NCBI GenBank assembly: GCA_002269645.1
Contig: NIVC01000757.1
Coordinates: 272,298 to 336,297, forward strand
Source of the DNA: Macrostomum lignano
Lineage: Eukaryota
DNA length: 64,000 nucleotides
Direction of reading: 5' to 3'
Part shown: piece by piece, positions 49,991 to 62,362 of the stretch
Position numbering within the stretch: position 1 is the stretch's first letter
How the letters are laid out: the number at the start of each line of letters is the position of its first letter
Notes under the pieces: generated by a model
The model's database searches: none
Told to the model about the DNA's origin: nothing
What the model saw: the letters and a program-made list of their open reading frames with translations, nothing else
Program-made: the position numbers and the translations under genes

Positions 49991-51623
49991 CTCCCGTCCC
50001 TGATCTACAGTCAAGTTAAGCACGTAAAAACCGTCTTAAATTTCAATTGAAGCAATACAAAGTTTGCTTCTAAATACCAAAAGAAATGAAGCAAGGCGAG
50101 CTTCTTTACAAGCAAGACAATCAAGAATTTTTGTTGCTTTTGTACGCCGAACAAAATGTGTTGCCACGCCGCGCAAAATTTCAGTTTTAGGGGAGATGAG
50201 CTGGGTAAAAAAGGGCTTTTTCTTGCGCGCGTATGCATCATAAACTACTAGTATATTTTGTTTTACTCTCTCAGTTAGTAGTATTTAGCGCATTCTACTA
50301 GATTTTCTCAGCATCATAGTAGAATATATCAAACTTTAGCTGTTGTTAGGAAACAGAAAAATTGGATTTTTTCCATGGAAACGATGGCAAACAGACTTGG
50401 ATATAGTATTATTATTATTAATATAAATCAGTAAATTAAATGAGAGGCTTCTGCAAAGACAGTTATTTTTATAACAAGCGATTAAACCTGGAGACGCGAG
50501 AACTCAGTCTACTTTAAGTAGACGAACACGCATTTTTAATCCTTTTCCCCCGGCGAGATCGATTTATATATGTATAGAAGTGGATTAAATATTGTAGCTG
50601 ACAAACAATTATTATAAAAATGATAATTTCCGTTTTCCAACAGTAGACAATAAGCTTACTAGTTCTGTTCTCGCTGAACTAGTTGAGTTGTTTAGCATTG
50701 TGAACACATTTCGTTAATAAAACTGAATAAATTATACATATTACTATTAGTAAAGTAGTACAACACAGTAATATGGACAGTATGTAATAATATAAAAATT
50801 GTATTAAGGTGCAAAAATAGTTGTAATAAATAGAAAATTTTGGTTGATTTCTGCTTCAAACCTTGCAGTCCTCTGGATAAACAAACAAACAAACAAACGG
50901 ATAGACTCCCGTAGCAACTAAATTAATAATGCTCATTAGTAATAATAATGCATATACACCAGGACAGTAATAATAAAACAAAAAAACAACGCAACACTAA
51001 ACCACTGACATACATTTACAAGTACAGGCAAACTAAAGAGATAGAACATATACTTACATACATGTACATTCAGCACAATAATAGTAGTGCATATATGCAG
51101 TACGCCCTCTCAGACTCGAAGCGAGATAAATGGCAGAGACGCACATTACTGAGACGAAGAAAAGTTTTACAAACAGAAAACTGAAACAAACTGAAGCAGA
51201 CGCAAATGAAGACAAATGAATAATAACCACTACTGCTTATTATCATTCATGTTAAGCATGCGAGCGAAGTCTGCGTGTGTGTGTGTTGTGTGTGCACAAA
51301 CTACTTAAAGCAATATATAGTAGATACTAACGGGCAAAAGCAAACAAAAAAGAAACTGAAAAAATGGAACTGGGTTTCACGGGAGAGTGGGGGCGGGCAG
51401 GAGGGTTCTCGAGTCTCGCCTTTGTTTTTTAAAGTTGCGTCGTCTAATAATAATAATAATAATTTTCAAAATAATTCGGATAATTAATTAGCTGAATTAG
51501 TTAATTAGATAGACTGCGCGTTCGTTTAGCGGCGTTTCCTCGGTTTTTATTTAATTTTTCCTCAGATGTTGCATCGATTTGTCAATAGACTTTTGTTTAG
51601 AGATTTAATCGATCAGTAGCCGA

Positions 51624-54600
51624 TCAATAATGATGACCGCCCCAGAAGGCCTGCTGGCCTTTTGGTTTCAGATTTTTCATCGGGTCGCCGCCGCTGTTAG
51701 AGCCCATGTGGCCGGGCGGCGGCGGCGGAGGCGGCGGCGGCAGCTGCTGGTGGGGCAGCAGAGATGGCGGCGGTACGGACATCATACCAGCCACTGGCGG
51801 CGGCTGCTGAGCCTGCTGACCAGCCTGCTGTTGCTGCTGCTGCTGCTGATGCGGTGGGCCATAGTAACCCATTGGTCCAGTCATACCGTGATGACTAGGC
51901 GCCTTGTGATGATGGAACATCGGCCCACCGCCAGGCTGTTGCTGCTGTTGAACAACCGACTTTGGCGGCCCACCGCTGGCCTGCTGTTGCTGATGTTGCT
52001 GCTGCTGCTGCTGCTGCTGTTGTTGATGCTGCTGGTGCAGCTTAGCCTGATTATAATCATCTGGACCGACACCCTGCGATTGTTCGTAGCTATTGGCTGA
52101 ACCGTAGCCAAATGCGCCGGCCTTTGATGTCACCTGTACATAGGTAGATTAATTGGAAGCGATTTATGAATACATGTAATTAGTAAAATAAATTATGCAG
52201 CAGCTATCTTATTAACTACAGTATGAAAGATTAAAGGTAAATTTGTTAATTAAAGATAGTGAATCATTTTTCATTTATGCAAGTGGATTTGTTTAATGGC
52301 GATACGGGTAGCGATAGCGACTTTTCGATGTTTCTCAGTATGATTTCCAATAAATAGGCATAAATCGATATGCCCAATTATAAAATAATTTATTGTTCGA
52401 CAAACAGATTTGCTATGTAACTTTATATTAAGTAGTGTGTAGTTTTTAGTCAAACTAAGATAACGCATAATGCAAATACGCTAAGGACACGATTTGCGGC
52501 ATAATAGTGAGACCGATTGATAATTGCATAATAGAACTCTAACCCTACCCAGCCGCAGATAACAGTTAGGGGAGGGGGTGGGGTTGTTTGGCTGACCACG
52601 AATTAAATCGATAGCCTCTCCCTCACTCGCTCAGCCCCATCACGCACAGGCGCAGATAACAGAGGATAGGAAGTTAAGGCGGTGAGGGTTGGTTGGCTGA
52701 CCACGAATTAAATCGATAGCTCCCTCACTCCCCCAGCCAAGTACGCACAGGCGCAGATAACAGAGGATAGGAAGTTAAGGGGGTGAGGGTTGGTTGGCTG
52801 ACCACGAATTAAATCGATAGCTCCCTCACTCCCCCAGCCAAGTACGCACAGGCGCAGATAACAGAGGATAGGAAGTTAAGGGGGTGAGGGTTGGTTGGCT
52901 GACCACGAATTAAATCGATAGCTCCCTCACTCCCCCAGCCAAGTACGCACAGGCGCAGATAACAGAGGATAGGAAGTTAAGGGGGTGAGGGTTGGTTGGC
53001 TGATCACGAATTAAATCGATAGCTCTCCTCAATCGATGGGTTGGTTACATAATGCACGCTGGTACAGGCAGCACAGAAATAGGCGACTAGACAGTGGGTA
53101 AGCTGCTGGGACAGGATAAATTTATTTTAAAAAATACCATCTTTACTTAAATTACTAAGCAACACAGTGTTGTTGCGAGGTCAAGATCAATTTTGGACGA
53201 TACAAAACATAAAAAATCAATAATATGTAATACAACTGCCACTAATTTTAAAGGCAATTAAAATCAGTTAGATATTAAAGATATACAGACACCAAACTAA
53301 AACTAGCGCTAAGTTGCAATTAGCAAAATCAACACAAGTATTGAGATAGGATGGCAAACGAGATCTACAGTCAGCAATATATTTAAGTTTCCAACCCTAA
53401 ACCACAGATACCAGAACAACTAGATGGGCCACTCAGCACATTTGCGTGTAAGCTACTTTCAGTTCAGTAGTAAGTTGAAGAGAAGCATTTAATTTATTTT
53501 AAAGCCAAAGCTCATTCATTTATTGGCGCATACCCTCCAGTCTAAACCCACCGCCCCGCCCCAATTATTGCCTTTCTCGGAATTCGAGCCTAAAGCTGCC
53601 ATGTACATTTCAGTGGACTGGCTATAATGTACATTATTGGCATTGCTGAACCAATTAGCAAGTTGTTTACGCCTGCAAGCTTGGCTTCTAAACTTAACTA
53701 AGTCATTTCAGCTGCTATTTTTTATAAAATAGCTTATGTATTCTTCTTTGCTACTGAACTGAAGGTAGAAAGGCGTTTTACTGAGTACGTATGCCTGAGT
53801 GGCCCATCTAGCTATTTTAGAATCTGTGCCCTAAACCAGTGGTCAACAACAAGCGGCAGCTTTAATCCAACTAGCCATAACTCTCCACCGCTCTCCTTAC
53901 CAGCGTAAGCTAAAGTCTTGCCGACGCAAATTGCACCAACCACAGTTGGAAATATTTGACCACTGGTTTCGTGGTGGAAACTATCAACTAGCTGAGTGCA
54001 TACCAAGGAGTTAAAGATTCTATACGAGAGTTACTACGTGCAATCCGACTGTGTTGCTTGCCCATGCCCGTGGCTCGTAAATTGGAAACAGCTTCATGAA
54101 ACTTCTCACAAGAACTAAGAGTACAAGTACAATGGCATACGGACAGACACAGCGCTCCTAAGTTATCATAAAAGCAGTACATTAAAACTGAATGCGATTT
54201 AATAAGAAAGATAATTACCATTTGAACCTTGAAGAGATTGTTAATGGGAGGAGTTACAGGACGGCAAATTAGTAAATATTAATATAAAATTAAGACCACA
54301 GAATTATCTGCACGAGTAACTACTTTTTACAACGAATAAGCTCAGGTTTATTAAAATAGTTTAAATGAAATTAGCGCTTGCGTGCAATGGCCACAAAACC
54401 ATAATAATAATAATAATGTAATACTAATAAATGCATACTAACATAATAGGACAAAAAATAGCAGTAGGCAATAAATATGTTTTTTTTTCAAGTTTGGCGA
54501 TTGATATTTACAAGAGACAAATCATGTCGAAGAGAAAAGTGAATTTAACTTGTGAAATATTGGACAAGAAATCTCTCAGACAAGTTGAGGAACTGGACAA

Positions 54601-57600
54601 GATCTCTCAGACAACTTGAGGAACTGGACAAGATCTCTCAGACAATGTGAGGAACTGGACAAGATCTCTCAGACAATGTGAGGAACTGGACAAGATCTCT
54701 CAGACAATGTGAGGAACTGGACAAGATCTCTCAGACAATGTGAGGAACTGGACAAGATCTCTCAGACAATGTGAGGAACTGGACAAGATCTCTCAGACAA
54801 CTTGAGGAACTGGACAAGATCTCTCAGACAATGTGAGGAACTGGACAAGATCTCTCAGACAATGTGAGGAACTGGACAAGATCTCTCAGACAACTTGAGG
54901 AACTGGACAAGATCTCCCAGACAACTTGAGGAACTGGACAAGATCTCTCAGACAACTTGAGGAACTGGACAAGATCTCTCAGACAAGGTGAGGAACTGGA
55001 CAAGATCTCCCAGACAACTTGAGGAACTGGACAAGATCTCTCAGACAACTTGAGGAACTGGACAAGATCTCTCAGACAAGGTGAGGAACTGGACAAGATC
55101 TCTCAGACAACTTGAGGAACTGGACAAGATCTCTCAGACAACTTAAGGAACTGGACAAGATCTGTCAGACAAGGTGAGGAACTGGACAAGATCTCTCAGA
55201 CAAGGTGAGGAACTGGACAAGATCTGTCAGACAAGGTGAGGAACTGGACAAGATCTCTCAGACAAGTTGAGGAACTGGACAAGATCCTTCAGACAAGGTG
55301 AGGAACTGGACAAGATCTTTCAGACAACTTGAGGAACTGGACAAGATCTGTCAGACAAGGTGAGGAACTGGACAAGATCTCTCAGACAATGTGAAGAACT
55401 GGATACCTCTAACACTAGAGTATGTGAGTAAATAGAAATGTTTCAATTACTAGTATATTAAGCATGCAGTACTATACTGAAAAAAATGGAGCACCCTCAC
55501 CTGAGGCGGCACCAACAGTTGATGCGGCTGATGCTGCGGCGGCGGACTGGTGAACTGTTGGAAAAATTGCGGATAAAGCCAGGGAGGCGGAGCCGACGCC
55601 ATAGCGGCGGCCGTGGCGGCCGCGCCATCTTGACCACCGGGCTTGCGATCCTGCTGCTGCTGGTAGAGCTTCTCAGTGGCGTCCGCTAGCATCTGTCTCT
55701 GAATTGCTAGGACGTGATTGAGATAAGTTTGAACTGGCTCCTGACTCCAGTCTGGCTGCTGTTGCTGCTGTTGTTGCTGCTGCAGCTGTGAAACAGGCAT
55801 ATAATTAACCGAACCGGTAGACTGAAGACCAGGTGGAGGTGGCGGCTGCTGCTGCTTAGGAAGAGAAGCTGCAATACTGCTGCTATTGTTAGAATTTGCC
55901 TGCTGCATCGAGTACTGCTGCTGCTGCTGTTGTTGCTGTTGTTGTTGCAATTGCTGCTTGGCGAAAGAGTCATTTGGATCGGCGCCTGAACCATAGAGAC
56001 CGGCTGAGCTGTGCGACTGCGGTAAGGATGGGGGGTTTTCATGAAATAGGGGCCGGTCCTGATCGAGGGAATGCACAACAATCGGATCTTAGTCAGGGGA
56101 ATTCCAAGGAGTAATTCCTGTTTTCTAATTCCTATGAATTACAATGGATTTTTACAAGGAGAATTACAATAACCGATTCCTACTGGGGGAACTACAATAA
56201 CCGATCTTTACTCGGAGAATTACTTACGATTCTTACAATAACCGATTCTTACTTGGGGAAATATAATAACCAATCTTTACTGGGAGAATTACAATAACCG
56301 ATTCTTACTGGGGGGAATTGCAATAACCGATTCTTACTTGGGGAACTACAATAACCAATCTTTACTGGGAGAATTACAATAACCGATTCTTACTGGGGGG
56401 AATTGCAATAACCGATTCTTACTTGGGGAACTACAATAACCAATCTTTACTGGGAGAATTACAATAACCGATTCTTACTGGGGGGAATTGCAATAACCGA
56501 TTCTTACTTGGGGAACTACAATAACCAATCTTTACTGGGGGGAATTACAATAACCGATTCTTATTGGGGCGTAAGAACCTACCCCAGGGGTAATAAATAT
56601 TACTTAAATGCGATCCCCTCCAGCCTTCTGGGACACACTTACTCCGCCACTAGTCGACAATGCAGATGAAGGCAGCACTCGACATCCAACAGCGCCAGGT
56701 TGTTGCGACTGCTGTGGCTGTTGCTGCTGTTGCGCTAGCTTAAACGCTTGCTGCTGCTGCTGCTGTTGCGCTAGGGGCTTCGGCACGCCGGAAGCGTTAA
56801 ACGGAGAACCGCCACGCTGCTGTTGCATGGCAACAGATGGCGGAGGCGGCGGCGGCTGCTGCTGCTGATAGACGACCGTCCGACTTCCGACACTGTCCCC
56901 GCCTGTACCGGCAGGTCCAGCTAGAATATTAGACGGCGGCGGTTGCGCCGATTGGGAAGGCAGCGAAGGCGGCGGCATAGAGACGGGCGGAGCCTCCATA
57001 GACACTGGCTGAGAAATATTAGAGGACGCGGTTGATACGGGATGGATTAGCGACTGCTGCTGCTGCTGCGGCTGCTTAGGCGATGCCTGATTATTCACCG
57101 TTAATAGCAAAGCAGCCGCGGCCTCTGCAACACTGTCCACGCCTGTGCCAGATGTAGAGGAAACGCCAGCAAGAGAAGCCACTTGCGGCATCGGCAGCGA
57201 CGTTGGCGGAGGCGGACTGGCTGGGGGCGAAAAGCTGCCAAATCGAACGCCCAGCGATGAGCCTTGGGTGCAAACTGGCGGCACCATTTCTACTGGTTGG
57301 CGGGGCCGTTCGCAAGGCGGCGGAGTCTTCGAACGGGCCAGTTGATTAGGAAGTGCAGCAGGCTTGTCGCTTGATTGAGTTGGCAGCATCTGTTGTTGAC
57401 CAATCTGCAATTTTAGAAGCATTGTGTGGCCAGGGATGACTAATCAAGTTACAGATTGCGAATCTTACTAGCCAATCAGACAGGACGATGCATCCCGTCT
57501 ATTGCTAACAAATCAGAAGTAAGAAGCTACACCCAAACTGTTCCTGACCAATCAGAAAGCAACAAGCTACACCCAAACTGTTCTTGACCAATCAGAAAGC

Positions 57601-60013
57601 AACAAGCTACATCTAAACTGTTCTTGACCAATCAGAAATCAACAAGCTACACCCAAACTGTTCTTGACCAATCAGAAATCAACAAGCTACATCCAAACTG
57701 TTCCTGACAAATCAGAAATCAACAAGCTACATCCAAACTGTTCTTGACCAATCAGCAAGCAACAAGCTACACCCAAACTGTTCCTGACCAATCAGATAAC
57801 AAAAAGGAGAAAAACAAAGCAAAACTCACCCTCAATGTGCTTTTAAGCTCTTCAGTTGCCAATTTGTTGTAGGCGGCCAAACTGTTGCTATAGCTACTAA
57901 CGGGTGCTTGCGGATACAGCTGCGATTGCTGACCAGACTCCGAGTCAGAGGCATCGGCAGGATGAGTTGCAGCGTCGGGCTGGGCGTTCGATGAGCTGTC
58001 ATTTGCTGCTTTACTGAAGAGCGAAATGTGTTTGAATGTGTTGCAAATTAGGTTTCAAATTCAAAATAATGCTTGGGCCCAAATATTACCCCAAAAATGC
58101 TAAGGAAGCTTTTCTAGAAGTTCTTATCTGCAGATAACAGATAGGGCTCAAATCTGGCAGGCTAGTGGTAGCGCAGCAACTGAGGATCTGGGAGGCTGGC
58201 CCAGCAACTGAGAATCTGGGAGGCTGGCCCAGCAACTGACACTCTGGGAGGCTGGCCCAGCAACTGACACTCTGGGAGGCTGGCCCAGCAACTGAGGATC
58301 TGGGAGGCTGGCCCAGCAACTGAGGATCTGGGAGGCTGGCCCAGCAACTGAGGATGTGGGAGGCTGGCCCAGCAACTGAGGATCTGGGAGGCTGGCCCAG
58401 CAACTGAGGATCTGGGAGGCTGGCCCAGCAACTGAGGATCTGGGAGGCTGGCCCAGCAACTGAGGATCTGGGAGGCTGGCCCAGCAACTGAGGATCTGGG
58501 AGGCTGGCCCAGCAACTGAGGATCTGGGAGGCTGGCCCAGCAACTGAGGATGTGGGAGGCTGGCCCAGCAACTGAGGATCTGGGAGGCTGGCCCACAGAT
58601 ACTAGAATAACTAGATGGGCCACTCAAGAACATTTGCGGGTAAGCTTCTTTCAGTTCAGTAGTAAGTTAAACAGTGCATTTTAATGCATTTTTAAAGCCA
58701 ATGTTTATTTACTGGCTCACCCAAGCTTAAACCCTCCAGCCGCGCCTTTCCACACTACCCCCGCCCTATTTTTTATTGCGTTTCTCGGAATTTCAGCCTA
58801 AAGCTGCCATGTACATTTCAGTAGACTGGCTAATGTACATTATTGCTGAACCAATTAGCAAGTTGTTTACGCCTGCAAGCTGGGCTTCAAAACTTATCAA
58901 AGTCATTTCAGCTGGCTTAATTTTTATAAAATAGCTTATGCATTCTTCTTTGCTACTGAACTGAAAGTAGAAAGCTGTTTTACTAAGAATATGTGTTTGA
59001 GTGGCCTATCTAGCTATTTTAGATTCTGTGGGCTGGCCCAGCAACTGAGGATCTGGAAGGCTGGTGGTGGATTAAGCCTAGCTGAAGCGATTAATCAGCA
59101 TAAAAGCGCACCTATCAGCCAGGCTAGAATTGGTGAAGATCTTTGGTTCTCCATTCCAGGCGTCCGACTCCGGCTCCCAAGGGACCTCGCGAGTCGCGTT
59201 CGACGCCTCGGCAGATGCGGCGACATCGCTATCTCGCTGAGACGGTTGCTGCTGGTCGCGAGAGGCGCCACTGCGACGACCGCCGCCTCGAGCACCTCCG
59301 CGTTGGGATTTCGGCGGCCGCTGTGTTGCTCGGTCCTCACTGGCGGCACCAGCCGAAGCCGACGACGGATCGTCCGCTGCGGCAGAGGGGCCGTCGCGAC
59401 GTCCAGCGCTGACTCCTGCACCACCGCGCGTCCTTCGATCCGAACGCTGCTGACGTCGATTCGAGGATCTGTCACCACCGCCAGCTGCACCTTTAGACGA
59501 GGCTGCGCCACCGCTGCCAAAAGCAGAAGCAGATCCCGCTTGCTGCTGCTCGTCGAATCGAAGCTCCGACGTCTGCTGCTGCTGACCCTTGGCCTTTTTC
59601 TTTGGCTTGACCGTCCAGCCCGACACGACGGAATCGGCGGCAGGACCAGGCAGGGCTGCGCCAGTCCCCTGACCGCCGCCGCCAACCTCGCCGCTGGCGC
59701 CAGCAGAGCGAAGAATTTGCTGTTCAAGCTGTTCGAGCAGCTGTTCGGCCGCCTTCTCCACATCCTCATCCGCGTCGTGCAAAGCAATGGCTGCTAATTC
59801 CGCGTCGCAGCCGCTGATCTCCATCAGCTGGGTGACTTTGCGTCTAAGCTCGGAGTCGACGCCTTCCAAGCCGGGCGGAACAGCGGCGGCAGCATTCTGC
59901 TGTTGCTGCTGCTGCTGGTGACCGCCGGGTTTCCGGTTCCGTCCGGATGCAGAGGACGGCTGCTGGCGCCACTTGGCATTGTGGCCGCCACCATTTGTCT
60001 GAACGTCAGTCAT
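51624..60013 (-). CDS. UBAP2: Lingerer / ubiquitin-associated protein 2 (UBAP2/UBAP2L) orthologue, about 971 aa
   Basis: Exons 60013-59112, 58013-57830, 57404-56643, 56058-55501 and 52133-51624 are phase-compatible (2916 nt). N-terminal UBA-like KVTQLMEISGCDAELAAIALHDADEDVEKAAEQLLE followed by W..KPKKK and an RG-rich tract; AWNGEPKIFT, ELKSTLRIG and TPPP..P..PVEM motifs; Q/P/G-rich C-terminus ending FWGG. The exon 4 acceptor is less certain, and small missed exons are possible. Confidence 0.82.
52553..53030. repeat. 101-bp tandem repeat, about 4.7 copies, lingerer intron
   Basis: Period 101 (GGTTGGCTG at 52691, 52792 and 52893). Confidence 0.93.
53403..53828. mobile_element. hAT-type MITE copy 1 (426 bp) with an 8-bp TSD
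   Basis: Termini CACAGAT.. / ..ATCTGTG with imperfect TIRs of about 70 bp; CCCTAAAC at 53395-53402 and 53829-53836. Confidence 0.9.
54576..55402. repeat. 31-bp minisatellite (GAGGAACTGGACAAGATCTCTCAGACAATGT), about 26 copies
   Basis: Seen directly. Confidence 0.95.
56163..56566. repeat. About 29-bp minisatellite (ACAATAACCGATTCTTACTGGGGGAATT)
   Basis: Seen directly; fills lingerer intron 3. Confidence 0.92.
57510..57797. repeat. 40-bp minisatellite (CCAATCAGAAAGCAACAAGCTACACCCAAACTGTTCTTGA), about 7 copies
   Basis: Seen directly; fills lingerer intron 2. Confidence 0.92.
58176..58593. repeat. 28-bp minisatellite, same family as 2325..3032; one more unit lies beyond the MITE (59031..59065)
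   Basis: Identical unit sequence. Confidence 0.95.
58594..59030. mobile_element. hAT-type MITE copy 2 (437 bp) with an 8-bp TSD, inserted into the 28-bp array
   Basis: Colinear with 53403..53828; GGCTGGCC at 58586-58593 and 59031-59038. Confidence 0.92.
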
Positions 60014-60327
60014 TTTGCATGAAAATTTACAGTATTTATTTTTTTGTTTATTATTGAATCTTGGAGTTATCTAAGACTTTGTGTTACTTTACATAGCGAC
60101 GACAACTATGATTAGATAAAATAGAACATAATTAGATATCTTTGTACTTTTGGCATCAAAACTTATTAGGTCAACTATCATACAGACCCAACACCCGGCC
60201 AACCTAGCCAATTTGGCCGGGTGGCAAGAGGTCTGGCCAGGTCAGTCACAAAAACACTGACTCAAAAATACAAACGTAGTACTAATTAGATGACGATGCA
60301 TTTAACCTTAATTGTACACATGCCGTC

Positions 60328-60435
60328 AGTTACTCCTGCCGTTTACCCAAAATTACTTTTGGGTAAAAATTTTTGCTTTCGGGTTTCTTTCATAGGAAAG
60401 TCGTATTTTTTGGTCAAAAAGTAAGTCACACAGCC
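60328..60435. mobile_element. Dispersed repeat end, shared with 3995..4095
   Basis: See the partner feature. Confidence 0.55.
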
Positions 60436-60819
60436 AGGTGAAATATCGAAGTTGGATTTATGTCAACAATGCCGGTCTCTCTTTAGATTTGACACTAATA
60501 GATACAATACTACCAGTCATTCAAAAATACACAGTATACTATAGGAGATAATGAGTCTTAATGAGTTTGTTAATAAAAAATAACAGCAAATTTTGAACAT
60601 TTAAAAAATGAATAAATCTTTATTAAAATAAACAAGTTACTTATTATTATAACCAGAATCTAATATTTGGATTATTATAGTCAGAATCCCATTCCTTGAA
60701 ATCCATGACCCGAATTCCATCTTCCAAATCCTATCCAACTCCTCTATAAACCTCAAATATCATATCTTGTTTTCCCAGTTTGCAAAAATTAACTGCAATT
60801 GTCCAGATTAAGAGTCTCC

Positions 60820-61088
60820 TATCTCCTCTCTCTTCTTTACTCTCTCATCTTTCCTCTCATCTCTAGTCTCATCTATCATCTTATCTCTCGTCTCTCTGAG
60901 CAATGATTTCTACTCTATCTTTCCTCTCACCTCTCTTCTCATCTCTCCTGCTCTATCATTTCTCTTCTCTCTCCTTTCTACTTTTTCCTCTCTCCTCTCT
61001 ACTCTCTCTACTCTTTTCTCTCTCTTATCATCTCTCTCCTCTTCATTCTTCTCCTCTCTTCTCTTGTCTACTTCTCCTCTCTACTCTC

Positions 61089-61174
<86 letters not shown>

Positions 61175-61620
61175 TTTCTCCTTTTTACTTGCACTCTCTT
61201 ATCTTTCCTCTCATCTCTCTTCTCTCTGATTTCTATTCTCCTCTCTTTCCTCTTCCTTCTCACCTCTCCTATCTCTCATCTCTCATTTTTGATTTATTAT
61301 TTCTCCTCTACTCTGTCCTTCTTCTCTCTTCTCGTTTCTTTTTTTCTTTGTAGTAATTGCTCATCTCCTAAATTCTCTCTACCCTTCTCTTCTCTCATCT
61401 TTCCTCTGTTCTCTCTATTATCTCCTGTCTCCCCTCTTTTCTCTCATTTCTCCTCTCCTCTCCCTTCTCCATTCTCTTTTCTCCTCTCAACTCTCATCTA
61501 TCTTTTCTCTTACCTCTATTCACCTTTTCTGTTCTCTATTCCCTTCCCCTTTACTTCTCTTTTTTTATGTTCCACTTTTTTATTTTTTATTTCTTTTATT
61601 CCTATTCATTTCACTCCTTC
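60820..61620. repeat. Polypyrimidine (CT-rich) low-complexity tract with a central perfect (CT)n
   Basis: Seen directly. Confidence 0.93.
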
Positions 61621-62362
61621 ATCCTTTCCATGAAACACAAATCCATCAAAATCTTTTCTGTGAAATAGATATCCATTAAAATCCTTTCCAATGAACAGAT
61701 ATCTTTTAAAATCCGCTTAAAGAAACAGAAATCCATCAATTAATCAATTTAAAATATTCAAGGTAGAGGCATCAGTGGTTAGGATTAGGTTTAACCTTTT
61801 TTAACATTCTTTTATTTCAATTTTATCTATAGCCTTTCCAATGGGGTGCAGTAAAGGCTACAAATAAAGTAATTCTAAAACACTGTACTCTGCTATGTAC
61901 ACTGAGCCTATTGCTACCAACCCCAACATGGGTTTTTTTCATTGAACTCAGCACACATGTCAGAAATTAAAAGCATGGAACTTAGCTATAGCTATGGGAT
62001 CCTATAGAAAATATGGTGAAATAGGTGCCTATGGCAACTACAGATATGCCTATGGTGGATAGCTGCTCTTATGGCTACAACTATGGAAATATGGTAGTTG
62101 CTGTCATATTCCATAGATTTCTGTAGCCAAAGTTATTAATTTAAAAAAATAAAAAAAAATATTAGAAACAGGTAGAATAAAACAAAGATACTTTGGAAGA
62201 TGCATTATAGACTTAGAAACTTATAAATTATACCTAATACTAGGCATGCAAACAAAAAGGCAGTTGTTATTTGTCCAGTTAAATTGATAATGCTAAAATA
62301 TCTAGTTCATAAAAACCACAAAGGTAAATATTCCTAGACTTCAAAGACTTCTTACTCATATC

